From an uncultured virus (IMG/VR IMGVR_UViG_3300031134_000653) (Duplodnaviria; Heunggongvirae; Uroviricota; Caudoviricetes): 63,597 nucleotides of DNA. Below, one piece after another: positions 18,564-27,841 of this stretch. The notes below the pieces were generated by a model. The model saw nothing but the letters and a program-made list of their open reading frames with translations. It was not told the DNA's origin and did no database searches. The translations under genes and the position numbers were made by a program. How positions within the stretch are numbered: the stretch's first letter is position 1; the number at the start of each line of letters is the position of its first letter. The stretch lies in IMG/VR virus record IMGVR_UViG_3300031134_000653. The stretch is one strand, 5' to 3'.

Positions 18564-18947
18564 TCAAGCAGGGAGCTCATTCAGCATTTTACAGATGTCT
18601 GCAGCTTGCGTTTCAAACTCTTCAGCTGTAAGCGCGTGAAGAGTGCAGGAGGTTTTGCCATCAGCATCAGCAGAACCCCAAACAATACCAGGAAGCTCAC
18701 CTCGATGAATCACTTCCTCCACCCTCGTGACATGGTACTTCTGTGTAAGTGAACTGTAGAAGACGTTTCCCTTGAAAGCTACATAGTGCAGTTCAGGACC
18801 GTCGACCAGTTCAATTTCGGCAACATAGTACAATGACCGGGAGTGTAGACGGTTTTTGAGGTCAGCAAAGTCCTGTGCGACTGCTTTGTCTGTAAAGATT
18901 TTCTGAATTTCGGTATGGACTTCGTATTCGTGCAGCACAATAAACAT
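18564..18947 (-). CDS. hypothetical protein, paralogue family A
   Basis: IFTDKAVAQDFADLKN / ALTAEEFETQA pattern shared with 19760-21346 genes. Confidence 0.7.
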   Translation of the reverse strand: MFIVLHEYEVHTEIQKIFTDKAVAQDFADLKNRLHSRSLYYVAEIELVDGPELHYVAFKGNVFYSSLTQKYHVTRVEEVIHRGELPGIVWGSADADGKTSCTLHALTAEEFETQAADICKMLNELPA

Positions 18948-19031
18948 GTTTTCTCTTTCCTAAAAACAATGGGTTGACCAACTATACCATGAGCAGGTAA
19001 GGTCAGTCAACCCATTGGATGCAGTTGAGAG

Positions 19032-19733
19032 TCAGTTCTTTCGAAGTAGCTCATGCTGCAGGTCTGAAGCTGCGTTGTAAGCATTGGCTGTGTAGATAGC
19101 TTTCAAATTTTTGTCTGAATTATCAGCTCCGTTGAATTTTGACATAGCAGACAGACTTCCCCACTGTCGGTCAAAATCAATACGGCCACGGTCTTTTACC
19201 TTGTTCAGGTAAGAGTGGAACTGTTCCTCTGAGTAGCCTCGTTGAATTCCAGCTTGAACATATTCGAGAGCTGATGTCAGCTTCATTATTGTGTCAAGTC
19301 GCCCTGGTTTGTTACGGTCTTTCTGCATTTTGTACTCAGCTTCATACCTTAAAATAAGGGTCTTAGCTTTATCGAAGTATGCTTGTTGATCTTCAGTAGG
19401 CTGAAGACCGTTGTAACCATAACTTGCAGAATTTTGATTACGAAGCAAAGCTCTAAAATAGGATGAATCCACAACACTGGCTCTGCCTGAAAGCCACTGA
19501 TATCCAGGTGCTTTTATCTGGTCAAGGTTCTCAGCATTGTCTTGCTCTTCAATTTTCTTGTACTGGCGTTTCTTCTTCTGGACAGCAGCGACTTCAAGCT
19601 TAGCTGTTTCATAAGCATCATAGTCACCATTCTCTACTGCTTCATCAAGACGGATGAAAGCTCCGTGGTAGCGGCAGGCTGCTGGCTGCTTAGCACGACA
19701 AGGGTAGTCTGGTTTCAATGCACTTTTACTCAT
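19032..19733 (-). CDS. hypothetical protein with N-terminal CRAKQPAACRYHG tag
   Basis: Tag matches N-terminus of 42969..43691. Confidence 0.8.
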   Translation of the reverse strand: MSKSALKPDYPCRAKQPAACRYHGAFIRLDEAVENGDYDAYETAKLEVAAVQKKKRQYKKIEEQDNAENLDQIKAPGYQWLSGRASVVDSSYFRALLRNQNSASYGYNGLQPTEDQQAYFDKAKTLILRYEAEYKMQKDRNKPGRLDTIMKLTSALEYVQAGIQRGYSEEQFHSYLNKVKDRGRIDFDRQWGSLSAMSKFNGADNSDKNLKAIYTANAYNAASDLQHELLRKN

Positions 19734-19759
19734 ACCCTATATCTAACAACTATTTTGGG

Positions 19760-20248
19760 TTAGAACGGTGAAGGCATGCTTTCATTTTGAGCATGTGGCA
19801 GTTGCTCATTCAGCTCTGTCACTAAAACACGGGCTTTTTGAAGAGCTTCTCCAGCGGTTGCCCCGTAAGTTGAATACAGCCAACCCAGTTCGTGATTCGA
19901 CATGTCATCTTTGAGAGTCTCAGGCACTTTAGTTCCTTCAAGAACAATCTGCATCGATGGAGACTGGTTGTACGAATAAACACGGTCAGCAACCGGAACA
20001 AGCTCCCCTGATTCGTCCATGAGAAAACGTGATACTTCCACTTTGAACTGAGGCACATAGCGAATGTCAGTTTCTGTGTTCAGTTCCTGCTGGCGGACAA
20101 CCCATAAGCCGTCAGGGATTTCGTTAGCTCTTTCCTGAGCGTTCAACGCATCACACACAGATGCAGCAACATCCAAGTCAGAGAAAAATGGGTGATGATA
20201 GTGAACCATTTCACCGTCATTCATCTCAACTACGAAAATATCAGCCAT
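19760..20248 (-). CDS. hypothetical protein, paralogue family A
   Basis: VAASVCDALNA...YGATAGEALQKA. Confidence 0.75.
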   Translation of the reverse strand: MADIFVVEMNDGEMVHYHHPFFSDLDVAASVCDALNAQERANEIPDGLWVVRQQELNTETDIRYVPQFKVEVSRFLMDESGELVPVADRVYSYNQSPSMQIVLEGTKVPETLKDDMSNHELGWLYSTYGATAGEALQKARVLVTELNEQLPHAQNESMPSPF

Positions 20249-20291
20249 GCAGGGTTCCTTAGATATATGGTTATATCCAAGTATATCAGAC

Positions 20292-20729
20292 TCAGCTAAC
20301 CAAAGAGAGAACAGGCACTTGGGCTCGGTTGAGTTTCTCCGCAGCAGCGATAGCTTTAGCCTGAACTTCTTTCTCTGTGCGACCATAAACTGTAGCTGAC
20401 CAGTACTTCCATAATGAGTCAGGTTCGCTGATTTTATCCTCAGGCAGAGGAGTGCCGGCTGGAACTAACGTAATTTTTGGTTCTTGTGAGCTGGGAGTGT
20501 ACTTCTTGCTGAATGGGGCAATACCAACCTGCTGGCACACTTGAGCAACATACTCTTTAGTCTCTTCACGAACTGGTGTGGTGACAATACCCCAGTTATC
20601 AGACCCAGTTGCTTCATTCAAAGCTTTACAAGCAGACTTCGCTGTGTCTTCATTGGTGTAAGCAATGTGCTTGATTGTCGAGTTACAAGGGCCATTCAGG
20701 TTAGTGACAGTGTAGATAAGGTCAGACAT
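20292..20729 (-). CDS. hypothetical protein, paralogue family A
   Basis: TAKSACKALNEA...YGRTEKEVQAKA. Confidence 0.75.
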   Translation of the reverse strand: MSDLIYTVTNLNGPCNSTIKHIAYTNEDTAKSACKALNEATGSDNWGIVTTPVREETKEYVAQVCQQVGIAPFSKKYTPSSQEPKITLVPAGTPLPEDKISEPDSLWKYWSATVYGRTEKEVQAKAIAAAEKLNRAQVPVLSLVS

Positions 20730-20818
20730 TGATGTTTTGTTTCTTTCAAAGAGGGGGACAAAACACTTATCGGATTTTTTGGTTGTTTCTTCGACACCGT
20801 TTTTGTTTTTGGTTCAAA

Positions 20819-21346
20819 TCATGAACGACGTAAGGCTTCCTCAAACTGCTCATCATCACCAACAGTGATTTCATGTGTGCGGTTCACCTGAATGGCAAGC
20901 TCCACAGCTGACTGCTTCGCTTCTTCGTAGGTGCGGCTTGATACGACGTAAGTCCAGTGTTCATTACGTGCATGAGGAGGGTATTCAGCTGTCTCAGGAA
21001 GCTCCAACTCTTCAGGAAACAGCAGCACATTTTCCACATAACCGGCTGGCTCATAACGTGAACGCTCTGTGCTCCAGGAGACCCGCCACATGACAGCAGG
21101 CGAGAAAGATACTGAATCCTGAATGAGGTAAACCTCGCGGATGCTCCACGGTTCAGTAGGGAAATCTGTGTCCCTGTCCTGAGGTCCAATTGCTGCGTTC
21201 AACGCGTCACGTACTGATTCAGCAGTCTGTTGGTTCTCGTAGGTGAGAGTATGCAAGAACACAGGGTCAGGATGCACAACCTCATAGGTCTTCTTGTTCC
21301 GAGGAGGTGTACCAAAAGCCTGAAAGAAGGTATTAGGGATAGTCAT
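20819..21346 (-). CDS. hypothetical protein, paralogue family A
   Basis: TAESVRDALNAA...SRTYEEAKQSA. Confidence 0.75.
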   Translation of the reverse strand: MTIPNTFFQAFGTPPRNKKTYEVVHPDPVFLHTLTYENQQTAESVRDALNAAIGPQDRDTDFPTEPWSIREVYLIQDSVSFSPAVMWRVSWSTERSRYEPAGYVENVLLFPEELELPETAEYPPHARNEHWTYVVSSRTYEEAKQSAVELAIQVNRTHEITVGDDEQFEEALRRS

Positions 21347-21408
21347 GAGTTTTCCAATATTTGGTTGATCGTTGTAGCTGGGATGTAGGGCAAATGAAAC
21401 GAGCTGGC

Positions 21409-21954
21409 TCAGACCTTCAAAGGAAGGGCATGAGCCAGCTCGATGGGGGATAGGCTGATGAGTAGTTCACGAAATTCAGGGTACGGCAGGTGTGCATGCT
21501 CCATGATGAAAGCAATACGCTCTTCAGACAGTTCAGGTGCGTAGCGACCTGAAACCAGCATGTCCTGAAGGTTGAACAAAGCCCTCAGAGCGTGACGCTG
21601 CTTCCTGAAACCAGTCTGGGCTGCGAACTTGGTGATAATTCGCTCGTAAGCAGGAACAACTTCATAACCAGCCTGGTAAGAAGCCCGCAGGCTACCCAGC
21701 AAGTCAACCAAAGGCTCAGCAGCGAACATGGCGTCCAGAGCCTGATGGGAACCAAGAGCTGCTCGCTCCATGAAGTGTGAAAGAGTCATCTGGGTGGTGT
21801 CAATACCATCCACAATGGTCTGACGGACCTGACGGGGAGCATCACGAGTTTCAATCATGAAAGGCTCAGTGTGGACTTCAAAGTAGTCGTCGTCGGAAGC
21901 GTCTGTGGCGTAACCATACAGACGTGAACCAGCTTGCACTCGAAGCAACAACAT
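21409..21954 (-). CDS. DNA pol-beta superfamily nucleotidyltransferase
   Basis: GSRLYGYATDASDDD motif. Confidence 0.8.
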   Translation of the reverse strand: MLLLRVQAGSRLYGYATDASDDDYFEVHTEPFMIETRDAPRQVRQTIVDGIDTTQMTLSHFMERAALGSHQALDAMFAAEPLVDLLGSLRASYQAGYEVVPAYERIITKFAAQTGFRKQRHALRALFNLQDMLVSGRYAPELSEERIAFIMEHAHLPYPEFRELLISLSPIELAHALPLKV

Positions 21955-22021
21955 GATGCTCTCCTTTCGTATGAAAAGGACTATACCTGATTAGTCGATG
22001 AGTGTCAAGTATCGGGTCGGC

Positions 22022-22567
22022 TTAGGCTGCGACTTCAAGAACTGCAGGGGAAACAAATTCCGCCCAGTCCAAATTCTTGAACGTCTCATAGTCAACCCCT
22101 AAGTCCTCAGCCTTGTCATCAGCAGTGGAAACAAGAGTCCATTCAGCAGTCAAAGCGAACTGGTAAGGGATGAGGAATTCAAGATTCTCAGCTTCGATAA
22201 TCGCCTCAGGGTCATGTAAAGGAACTGAGTCTTCCCAGTAATTGCGAATGACATCCTTAGCAGCTTCCGAAGCGATGCCGTTGTCATCATAAAGATATGA
22301 CTCAGCAGCTTCAAACAAGCTCAACCAGTGGCCATGAACAACAACCTCATCAGGAATTTCAATTCTCCAGATGTCTGCATCACGCTTACTGAACAGTCGG
22401 TAATGCTGCCAAGCCTCAGCCTGCTTCAAACTAGCGGAAGCGAACACGCTTTCAGAACGAGGAGATTTACCTTCAAGGGATTCAGGGCAGGCAGAATCGA
22501 ACCAGACAGCACCTGTGTGCTTCAGCTGTGCTAACGGTGTGATACCACCTGACCTGTAAAGGAACAT
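22022..22567 (-). CDS. putative ART-fold protein, paralogue of 42969..43691
   Basis: LYRSG...VFAS...YW...EFLIP. Confidence 0.6.
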   Translation of the reverse strand: MFLYRSGGITPLAQLKHTGAVWFDSACPESLEGKSPRSESVFASASLKQAEAWQHYRLFSKRDADIWRIEIPDEVVVHGHWLSLFEAAESYLYDDNGIASEAAKDVIRNYWEDSVPLHDPEAIIEAENLEFLIPYQFALTAEWTLVSTADDKAEDLGVDYETFKNLDWAEFVSPAVLEVAA

Positions 22568-22630
22568 ACTTGTGACTTTATACCATAACTATGGGTTAAC
22601 GCAAGTTATCAGGAAAGAAAACATGACCCC

Positions 22631-23254
22631 TTAACTGGGCGCACTATCTGTCAGGTAAATCCAGGAAAGCTCAGCCGGTTCGTTAGGATAGAAGTAGTCA
22701 GGAACGAAATCAGGGTCACTTGTAATTTTGATGTAGTCGTTTCTATATTCAGTCCCTTCAGCTCCCCCATAAAGAACCCAAGGGTTGCCTATTGAAGAAA
22801 TCTCTTCAGAAAGGGCGTCCCCGTCGCATAAAGTGTAGTCATCCTGATCTGCTTCATGCTCAGTCAAACATTTCACATCAAATTGAGGTCCGACACGTTC
22901 CTGGACCCAACCCACTAAAGCATGGTCATGATGAGGGTCTTGTTCCAATTCGGAGTAAAGGTCTTCAGGAGTCTGCTGGTCTTCAATGTAATACCAGTCT
23001 ACAAAACGGTCGTTGAGTTCAAGGTGGACATTACCGTTGCTGAGGACAGTTTTCTGTGTCCCTGCAAACCATTCAAGTACTATGCTGTAGTCTTCAGGGT
23101 AGCGAGATTCTATCTCTTCATGCTCTGCTGTGACAGTCTCTTTGACCGCTTCACATGTTTCGTGGTTCAGGCAGGTAAAATCAGCAACCAGACGCTGAGC
23201 AGTAATAGTCAAAGACAGGTAATGATCGTCAGCTTCTGGTTTGAGGTTAATCAT
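22631..23254 (-). CDS. acidic hypothetical protein with internal duplication
   Basis: CLNHE.C/CLTEHE..C halves; leaderless TGG-TAAAGT-6-ATG. Confidence 0.7.
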   Translation of the reverse strand: MINLKPEADDHYLSLTITAQRLVADFTCLNHETCEAVKETVTAEHEEIESRYPEDYSIVLEWFAGTQKTVLSNGNVHLELNDRFVDWYYIEDQQTPEDLYSELEQDPHHDHALVGWVQERVGPQFDVKCLTEHEADQDDYTLCDGDALSEEISSIGNPWVLYGGAEGTEYRNDYIKITSDPDFVPDYFYPNEPAELSWIYLTDSAPS

Positions 23255-23319
23255 GTTCCTACTTTACCACACAACTGTTTTGTGGTAAAGTAGGAGGATA
23301 ATAAGTTACGGAGATAACT

Positions 23320-23646
23320 ATGAGTAGAACTTGGCTAATGTTTGGTGCTAAGTCAGAGGCCGCTACCACGGAAAATGGAGCTGTACTGTACAAGCACATT
23401 TGGGAGAACCCTCGTGCGTTAGCTATGTCCGGGGTTCCTTCTGATAAAATTCTTCAGCTTGAACTTCAGGAGAACCCTGAAGGAGAGTACATGGGCTGGA
23501 TTCCTGAGGACCGTCCAGAAAGTTTGAACATGGTGCAGCTGAAAAAGATTTTTGCCGTTCAGTTCCCTTATGGGGTCAAAGCAGCCATGGAAGCAGGACA
23601 GGGCGAAGCTGTTCCTTTGAGTATTGTAGAGAAGGTTCTAGCATGA
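23320..23646 (+). CDS. hypothetical protein, paralogue family B
   Basis: GEYMGW...IFAVQFPYG. Confidence 0.8.
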   Translation: MSRTWLMFGAKSEAATTENGAVLYKHIWENPRALAMSGVPSDKILQLELQENPEGEYMGWIPEDRPESLNMVQLKKIFAVQFPYGVKAAMEAGQGEAVPLSIVEKVLA

Positions 23647-23960
23647 ACTGGGAGCTGTTCGGGCGAGCTGATGTGAAAGATGACGGTACTGTTGTCTACA
23701 GTCGATTCCATGCAGACCGAAACAGGATGCGTTTCTTATCAGTTCCTGAAGATGACATCAAAACACTTGTTGTCACAGTGGACGAGGACGGACCCTACCT
23801 GGGTTGGGTTCGGGCAGACCGGACCATGATTGAACTCATTCTTCCTGCTCGTATTTTTGACATCCAATTCCCTTATGGTCACAAGGCTTCAGAAGAAAAG
23901 GGTCTTGGTAAAGCTTACCGTGTTTCTATCACGGAGAAAATTGAAGGAGATAACAAATGA
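23643..23960 (+). CDS. hypothetical protein, paralogue family B
   Basis: GPYLGW...IFDIQFPYG. Confidence 0.8.
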   Translation: MNWELFGRADVKDDGTVVYSRFHADRNRMRFLSVPEDDIKTLVVTVDEDGPYLGWVRADRTMIELILPARIFDIQFPYGHKASEEKGLGKAYRVSITEKIEGDNK

Positions 23961-24595
23961 TTCTTTCACAGAATTCAGAAGGTAACTGGGTTGATGTCCA
24001 GGATGAAGAGGGTAATGTAATTGCTCATCTGAGTCGAACACACTCACCCTCAAACTGTGCAGGACGAGGATGTGCTATTCACAACCATCCTTCCCAGCAT
24101 CCTTTGAACGATGCCCCAATCAACTGGGTCAACGACACAGGTGTGCTTGAACGAGTTTGCGAGCACAAAGTTGGTCATCCTGATGCTGACGCTGCCGAGT
24201 TCCAGGCGGCACAGGGTCGTGACTACTTGAACATCCACACTTGCGACGGTTGCTGCGGAGTAAAGGTTGACAAGGCTGACAAGTTCGCAGCTTCCATGCG
24301 TATCGAAATGCATAAGGGTCCTCGCCCTGTTGATGTCCTTTTTGGGGGTTCGGAGGCAGCCTATAAGACCGTACCCAACCCAGTGGCTCCGCCTCTGTCA
24401 AACCGCATTGGTTTCCAGCGGGTTGACACCCCTGAACTGGCGAAGAGGCAGGACACTCTGGAAGAACTTGACTTGATAGAGGATTTGTTCTATGCTTGGA
24501 GGAAAGAGAGCGTAAACAACAGCTCTTACCCGGCATCTCTCAAAGATGCTTTCCGTGCAGGATACCAAAGCCGACAGAAAAGAACTGATGACTAA
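23957..24595 (+). CDS. Cys/His-rich metal-binding phage-type protein
   Basis: CAGRGCAIHNHPSQH...RVCEHKVGHPD...HTCDGCC. Confidence 0.8.
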   Translation: MILSQNSEGNWVDVQDEEGNVIAHLSRTHSPSNCAGRGCAIHNHPSQHPLNDAPINWVNDTGVLERVCEHKVGHPDADAAEFQAAQGRDYLNIHTCDGCCGVKVDKADKFAASMRIEMHKGPRPVDVLFGGSEAAYKTVPNPVAPPLSNRIGFQRVDTPELAKRQDTLEELDLIEDLFYAWRKESVNNSSYPASLKDAFRAGYQSRQKRTDD

Positions 24596-24899
24596 GACTG
24601 AGCAGTATGAGAACCTGAGGGTCCGTGCTTTCCGTGCCATTGAGCGTCGTGATGAGACCGCACTGAAGGTCCAGGTGAGCATCCTGTGGGGGTTTGCTGC
24701 AGGCACTTTCCCTGAAGACGGCCGACTCGCGGAAGAGTTGGTTGCTTTCTCTGGAAAGGCTCCCACCTTCACGTTCCACATGCTGATTCGGGAGCTTGGT
24801 CGCATTGATGCTGTTTACCGAGCTAACCAGCTGCGTGAGACAGCTCTCAGCACTCTTCCTGCTCTGAATCAGAAGTCCAGTCTGTTTGACCTCATCTGA
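24588..24899 (+). CDS. hypothetical protein
   Basis: ORF overlapping upstream stop. Confidence 0.7.
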   Translation: MTKTEQYENLRVRAFRAIERRDETALKVQVSILWGFAAGTFPEDGRLAEELVAFSGKAPTFTFHMLIRELGRIDAVYRANQLRETALSTLPALNQKSSLFDLI

Positions 24900-24903
24900 A
24901 CTG

Positions 24904-24955
24904 GCTTAAACAGTAAAGGCAACCCATTCACTTGGGTTGCCTTTACTGTTTAAGC
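24904..24955. terminator. bidirectional hairpin, 23-bp arms
   Basis: GCTTAAACAGTAAAGGCAACCCA-ttcact-TGGGTTGCCTTTACTGTTTAAGC. Confidence 0.85.
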
Positions 24956-25201
24956 GTAAATGCCTTTGATTGACACCGTGTTCTGAATGTCAACATGCCT
25001 CATATGCTCCATTACATGCTGATCTGTTGATTCGATGAAAACCTTGCGGTAATGGATGCGTCCAGTTTCTTCTTTCACTGACGGCATAACTACAGCGTTA
25101 GTTTTTGTCTCATCCGAAGCAAGGCGAGTAACCAGGTTAGCAACGGTGGTGTCCAGAAGACGGTGATCGGAGGAGCTAAGTACAAAAGTGAAAGTTCTCA
25201 T
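24950..25201 (-). CDS. divergent ribosomal protein uS10/NusE-like protein lacking the extended loop
   Basis: SDHRLLD...LV...MPSVKE...HYRKVFI...VDIQNTVSIK aligns by eye with S10 DHRLID...LPTRKE...HLRLVDI...LDLAAGVDVQ. Confidence 0.65.
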   Translation of the reverse strand: MRTFTFVLSSSDHRLLDTTVANLVTRLASDETKTNAVVMPSVKEETGRIHYRKVFIESTDQHVMEHMRHVDIQNTVSIKGIYA

Positions 25202-25256
25202 GCCCAAAGATTACCATGCATAGATGAAGTACCAGTTTTATCTATACAGAATTTAC

Positions 25257-26063
25257 TCAGTTCGCCATTAAGTCGGTAAAACCGAACAGGTACAAATGTG
25301 TGAAGAAGTAGACACTGGAACCCAGGACCAAAGCAGTTCCGCCGGCTTGGATAAGACTCCTTCGAACATACCTTCTTCGGGACGCTCTCTGTAAGTTTTT
25401 GAACCAGGCGAATCGAGCAGTCTGCTCTTGGAGCTCGTCTTTGTAGGAATGAGACCAGAAATCGCTGAGAACCATCTCCTCCACCGGAAGTTCAGAGCTA
25501 AGGTTTTCTTTGTTTCGGCTTCTCTCCTGGGAACGTATGAATTTAACCAGCGTGCTAATTTCAAGCATCTCGACATCTGAATGGGCTTTGACTGTCAAAG
25601 ATTTCACTCCTACGTACACAATTAGAGGAATAACTGAAGTGCCGTATGCAAGCTTTTTCTCGACACGATCTGCTTCGTATTTAGAGTTGCGAATGTACGG
25701 TTGATTCTTTCCATCAACAAGCACTGTGCGGTTGGTTGACCAAATTCGTTTACCTTGAAGGTTCTTCGTATTGAGAGTGTAAACCACACCTGAAGGAGTA
25801 ATAATTACATGGTCAATATCTGAACCTCGCACACCAATGGGAACAGAATGGAGTACGACATAACCGTCTTTTTCCAGCTCCTTCAGGACTTTACCGACCT
25901 GAATTTCGCCTTGCAGCCCGATGTACCAGCTCCGAGTTTCGGGCGTAAGAGGTGACGCTCCGAAAGCACGAGCCAGCCAGTTTTGTGCAGGCAGCTCTGT
26001 TTGGAGTGAGTACAATTTATTCACGAGGCTGTACCCTGGCCGGTGTTCCAGAAGATTAACCAT
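25257..26063 (-). CDS. NERD (nuclease-related domain) protein with C-terminal TM
   Basis: GLQGEIQV...VLHSV...DIDHVIITPSGVVYTLNTKN. Confidence 0.85.
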   Translation of the reverse strand: MVNLLEHRPGYSLVNKLYSLQTELPAQNWLARAFGASPLTPETRSWYIGLQGEIQVGKVLKELEKDGYVVLHSVPIGVRGSDIDHVIITPSGVVYTLNTKNLQGKRIWSTNRTVLVDGKNQPYIRNSKYEADRVEKKLAYGTSVIPLIVYVGVKSLTVKAHSDVEMLEISTLVKFIRSQERSRNKENLSSELPVEEMVLSDFWSHSYKDELQEQTARFAWFKNLQRASRRRYVRRSLIQAGGTALVLGSSVYFFTHLYLFGFTDLMAN

Positions 26064-26095
26064 TGTTGTACTATCTGTTCAACAGGAGTCGAACG

Positions 26096-27346
26096 TCACC
26101 CTTCTGTCATAATTCGGTGAATGAAGCGGTTTGCGATAGCTGGTTTACGGCAGTACCACATGAACCCTGAAGCGGCGGTTTTTCTCCTATTCAGGGGCTT
26201 CTTACTATTGGTTCCGTAGTGATATCCATCGCAATGCGGGCAAGCGTAAACTTCTTTTACTCCGTCTGCTTCAACGTTGGTGAATTCTCGGATACCTTTG
26301 GCAGCTTCGCCAGGAGAGCTGTAATGGCGTTTACGACCACAAACCATGTATTCGACCATCAGGTCGATTGAGACCAGTTCGGGCGGGAGAATGTACTCCA
26401 GAGGCTTTACAGTGACATTGTTGAGGTACTTCAACCCTGCAAGGTTGTATCGTGCAGGGTTAGAGCTGGCAGAGGTCTGCACTGGCTTCGAAACCTGCAC
26501 TTGACGCACTTGTTCGACGGAAGAAGCTTCTCGGACTGGTTCGAAGCTGACCTTTTTCGGAAGGTTGACTTTCTTGACCGCCTGGGTTGTTGTTTTGGTT
26601 TTAGAACCAGGAGTGGAAAGTCCTTTAGCTCTTAGTACCACACCAAAAGCACCTGCAGCTCTTGTCTTTTTCCCTTTACGACGGGCAGACGTTTTCACTG
26701 GAATACTGTGGTTTTCAAGAACCGCTTCTTGGCTCGCAGAATAACGACGAAGCAACGTGTTGTACACACCATCCAGAACTTCTTCAAGGTAGACGAAAAC
26801 AAGCTCTGAAGTTGAAGGCTTCAGCTTCATAAGTTCATCCTTATGGGAAGCCTTCGATGCGAAGTGCTTGAACCGTCTGTCTTCTACCGAATGAAAGTCT
26901 TCGTGCGTTTTGCAGTAGCTAAGTCGAGGTGTTGTGATGATGACATGGTTCTCGTAATTCAGGCATGCCTCATCCTGCAAACTGGCAACAGCTGCTTCGC
27001 TTTCTTTCAGCCAGTGAGAAACAATAGTCCATTCAGGTCGAGCATGAATGTAGGCAAGGACCTCATCAGCCACATCTACGGTCTGAACTTCAGCGAAGAA
27101 CTGGAGAATCTTGGACTCAGGGAGTGTTTTTGAATGAGCAATTTCATCCCGAGCAGACTCCCAGAAAGAAAGGCTGATTATGTGATTCTGCTTACAGCGA
27201 GGGCAGGTCACAGAAACATGGTCTTTGAGGTTGAAAGTGGCATCCTGCTGACTGAGTTTCACGTTTCGAGTACATGAAAGTTCATAGAATGAATCGATGG
27301 CAGACTTGCGTTTAGTCTGACGCGGTTGACCTTTTCGTTTTGCCAT
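26096..27346 (-). CDS. zinc-finger protein, paralogue family C
   Basis: N-term CPRCKQNH; C-term CGRKRHY...YACPHCDGYHYG. Confidence 0.8.
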   Translation of the reverse strand: MAKRKGQPRQTKRKSAIDSFYELSCTRNVKLSQQDATFNLKDHVSVTCPRCKQNHIISLSFWESARDEIAHSKTLPESKILQFFAEVQTVDVADEVLAYIHARPEWTIVSHWLKESEAAVASLQDEACLNYENHVIITTPRLSYCKTHEDFHSVEDRRFKHFASKASHKDELMKLKPSTSELVFVYLEEVLDGVYNTLLRRYSASQEAVLENHSIPVKTSARRKGKKTRAAGAFGVVLRAKGLSTPGSKTKTTTQAVKKVNLPKKVSFEPVREASSVEQVRQVQVSKPVQTSASSNPARYNLAGLKYLNNVTVKPLEYILPPELVSIDLMVEYMVCGRKRHYSSPGEAAKGIREFTNVEADGVKEVYACPHCDGYHYGTNSKKPLNRRKTAASGFMWYCRKPAIANRFIHRIMTEG

Positions 27347-27445
27347 GGCACTCTCCTTAGACTCTGTATTCTATCAAAGAATGAAGCCCTTTGCAACTGA
27401 CTTCTTGTATGGTATTATTAGGTATCAACTAATTAGGAACGCATC

Positions 27446-27841
27446 ATGTACACCTCTGACATCACACGATACCCGCAGTCTGACAGACATAAGACGTTGA
27501 ACGATCTTGTGAACGCTCTCCTTCAGGTGAACCCTGACAGTCCTCTTACTTTCCGATACTTTGGAACACCTTCTCTTCGGTTTGTCTCTTACCGAGGTTA
27601 CTACCAGGACCTTGCAGTCACTTCAGGTGGAACTGATGTTGTCACAGTGAACGAGTTCATTTTTGCATTGCATAAAGCAGTCGGAAAAACTTACGTCGGA
27701 TGGAAAGGTGGAGATTTCGTAGCTGACTTCGATTCCCCGATTTGGGTTGTTTACGATGCTTCAAATGTTGGAGAATTCGTTACTGAAGTAATTGTTGAAA
27801 GTGACGGTTCAATCATCATTGAAAGCGAAAGCGATGACTGA
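27446..27841 (+). CDS. hypothetical phage-type protein
   Basis: SYRGYYQDLA...GWKGGDF...PIWV. Confidence 0.75.
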   Translation: MYTSDITRYPQSDRHKTLNDLVNALLQVNPDSPLTFRYFGTPSLRFVSYRGYYQDLAVTSGGTDVVTVNEFIFALHKAVGKTYVGWKGGDFVADFDSPIWVVYDASNVGEFVTEVIVESDGSIIIESESDD

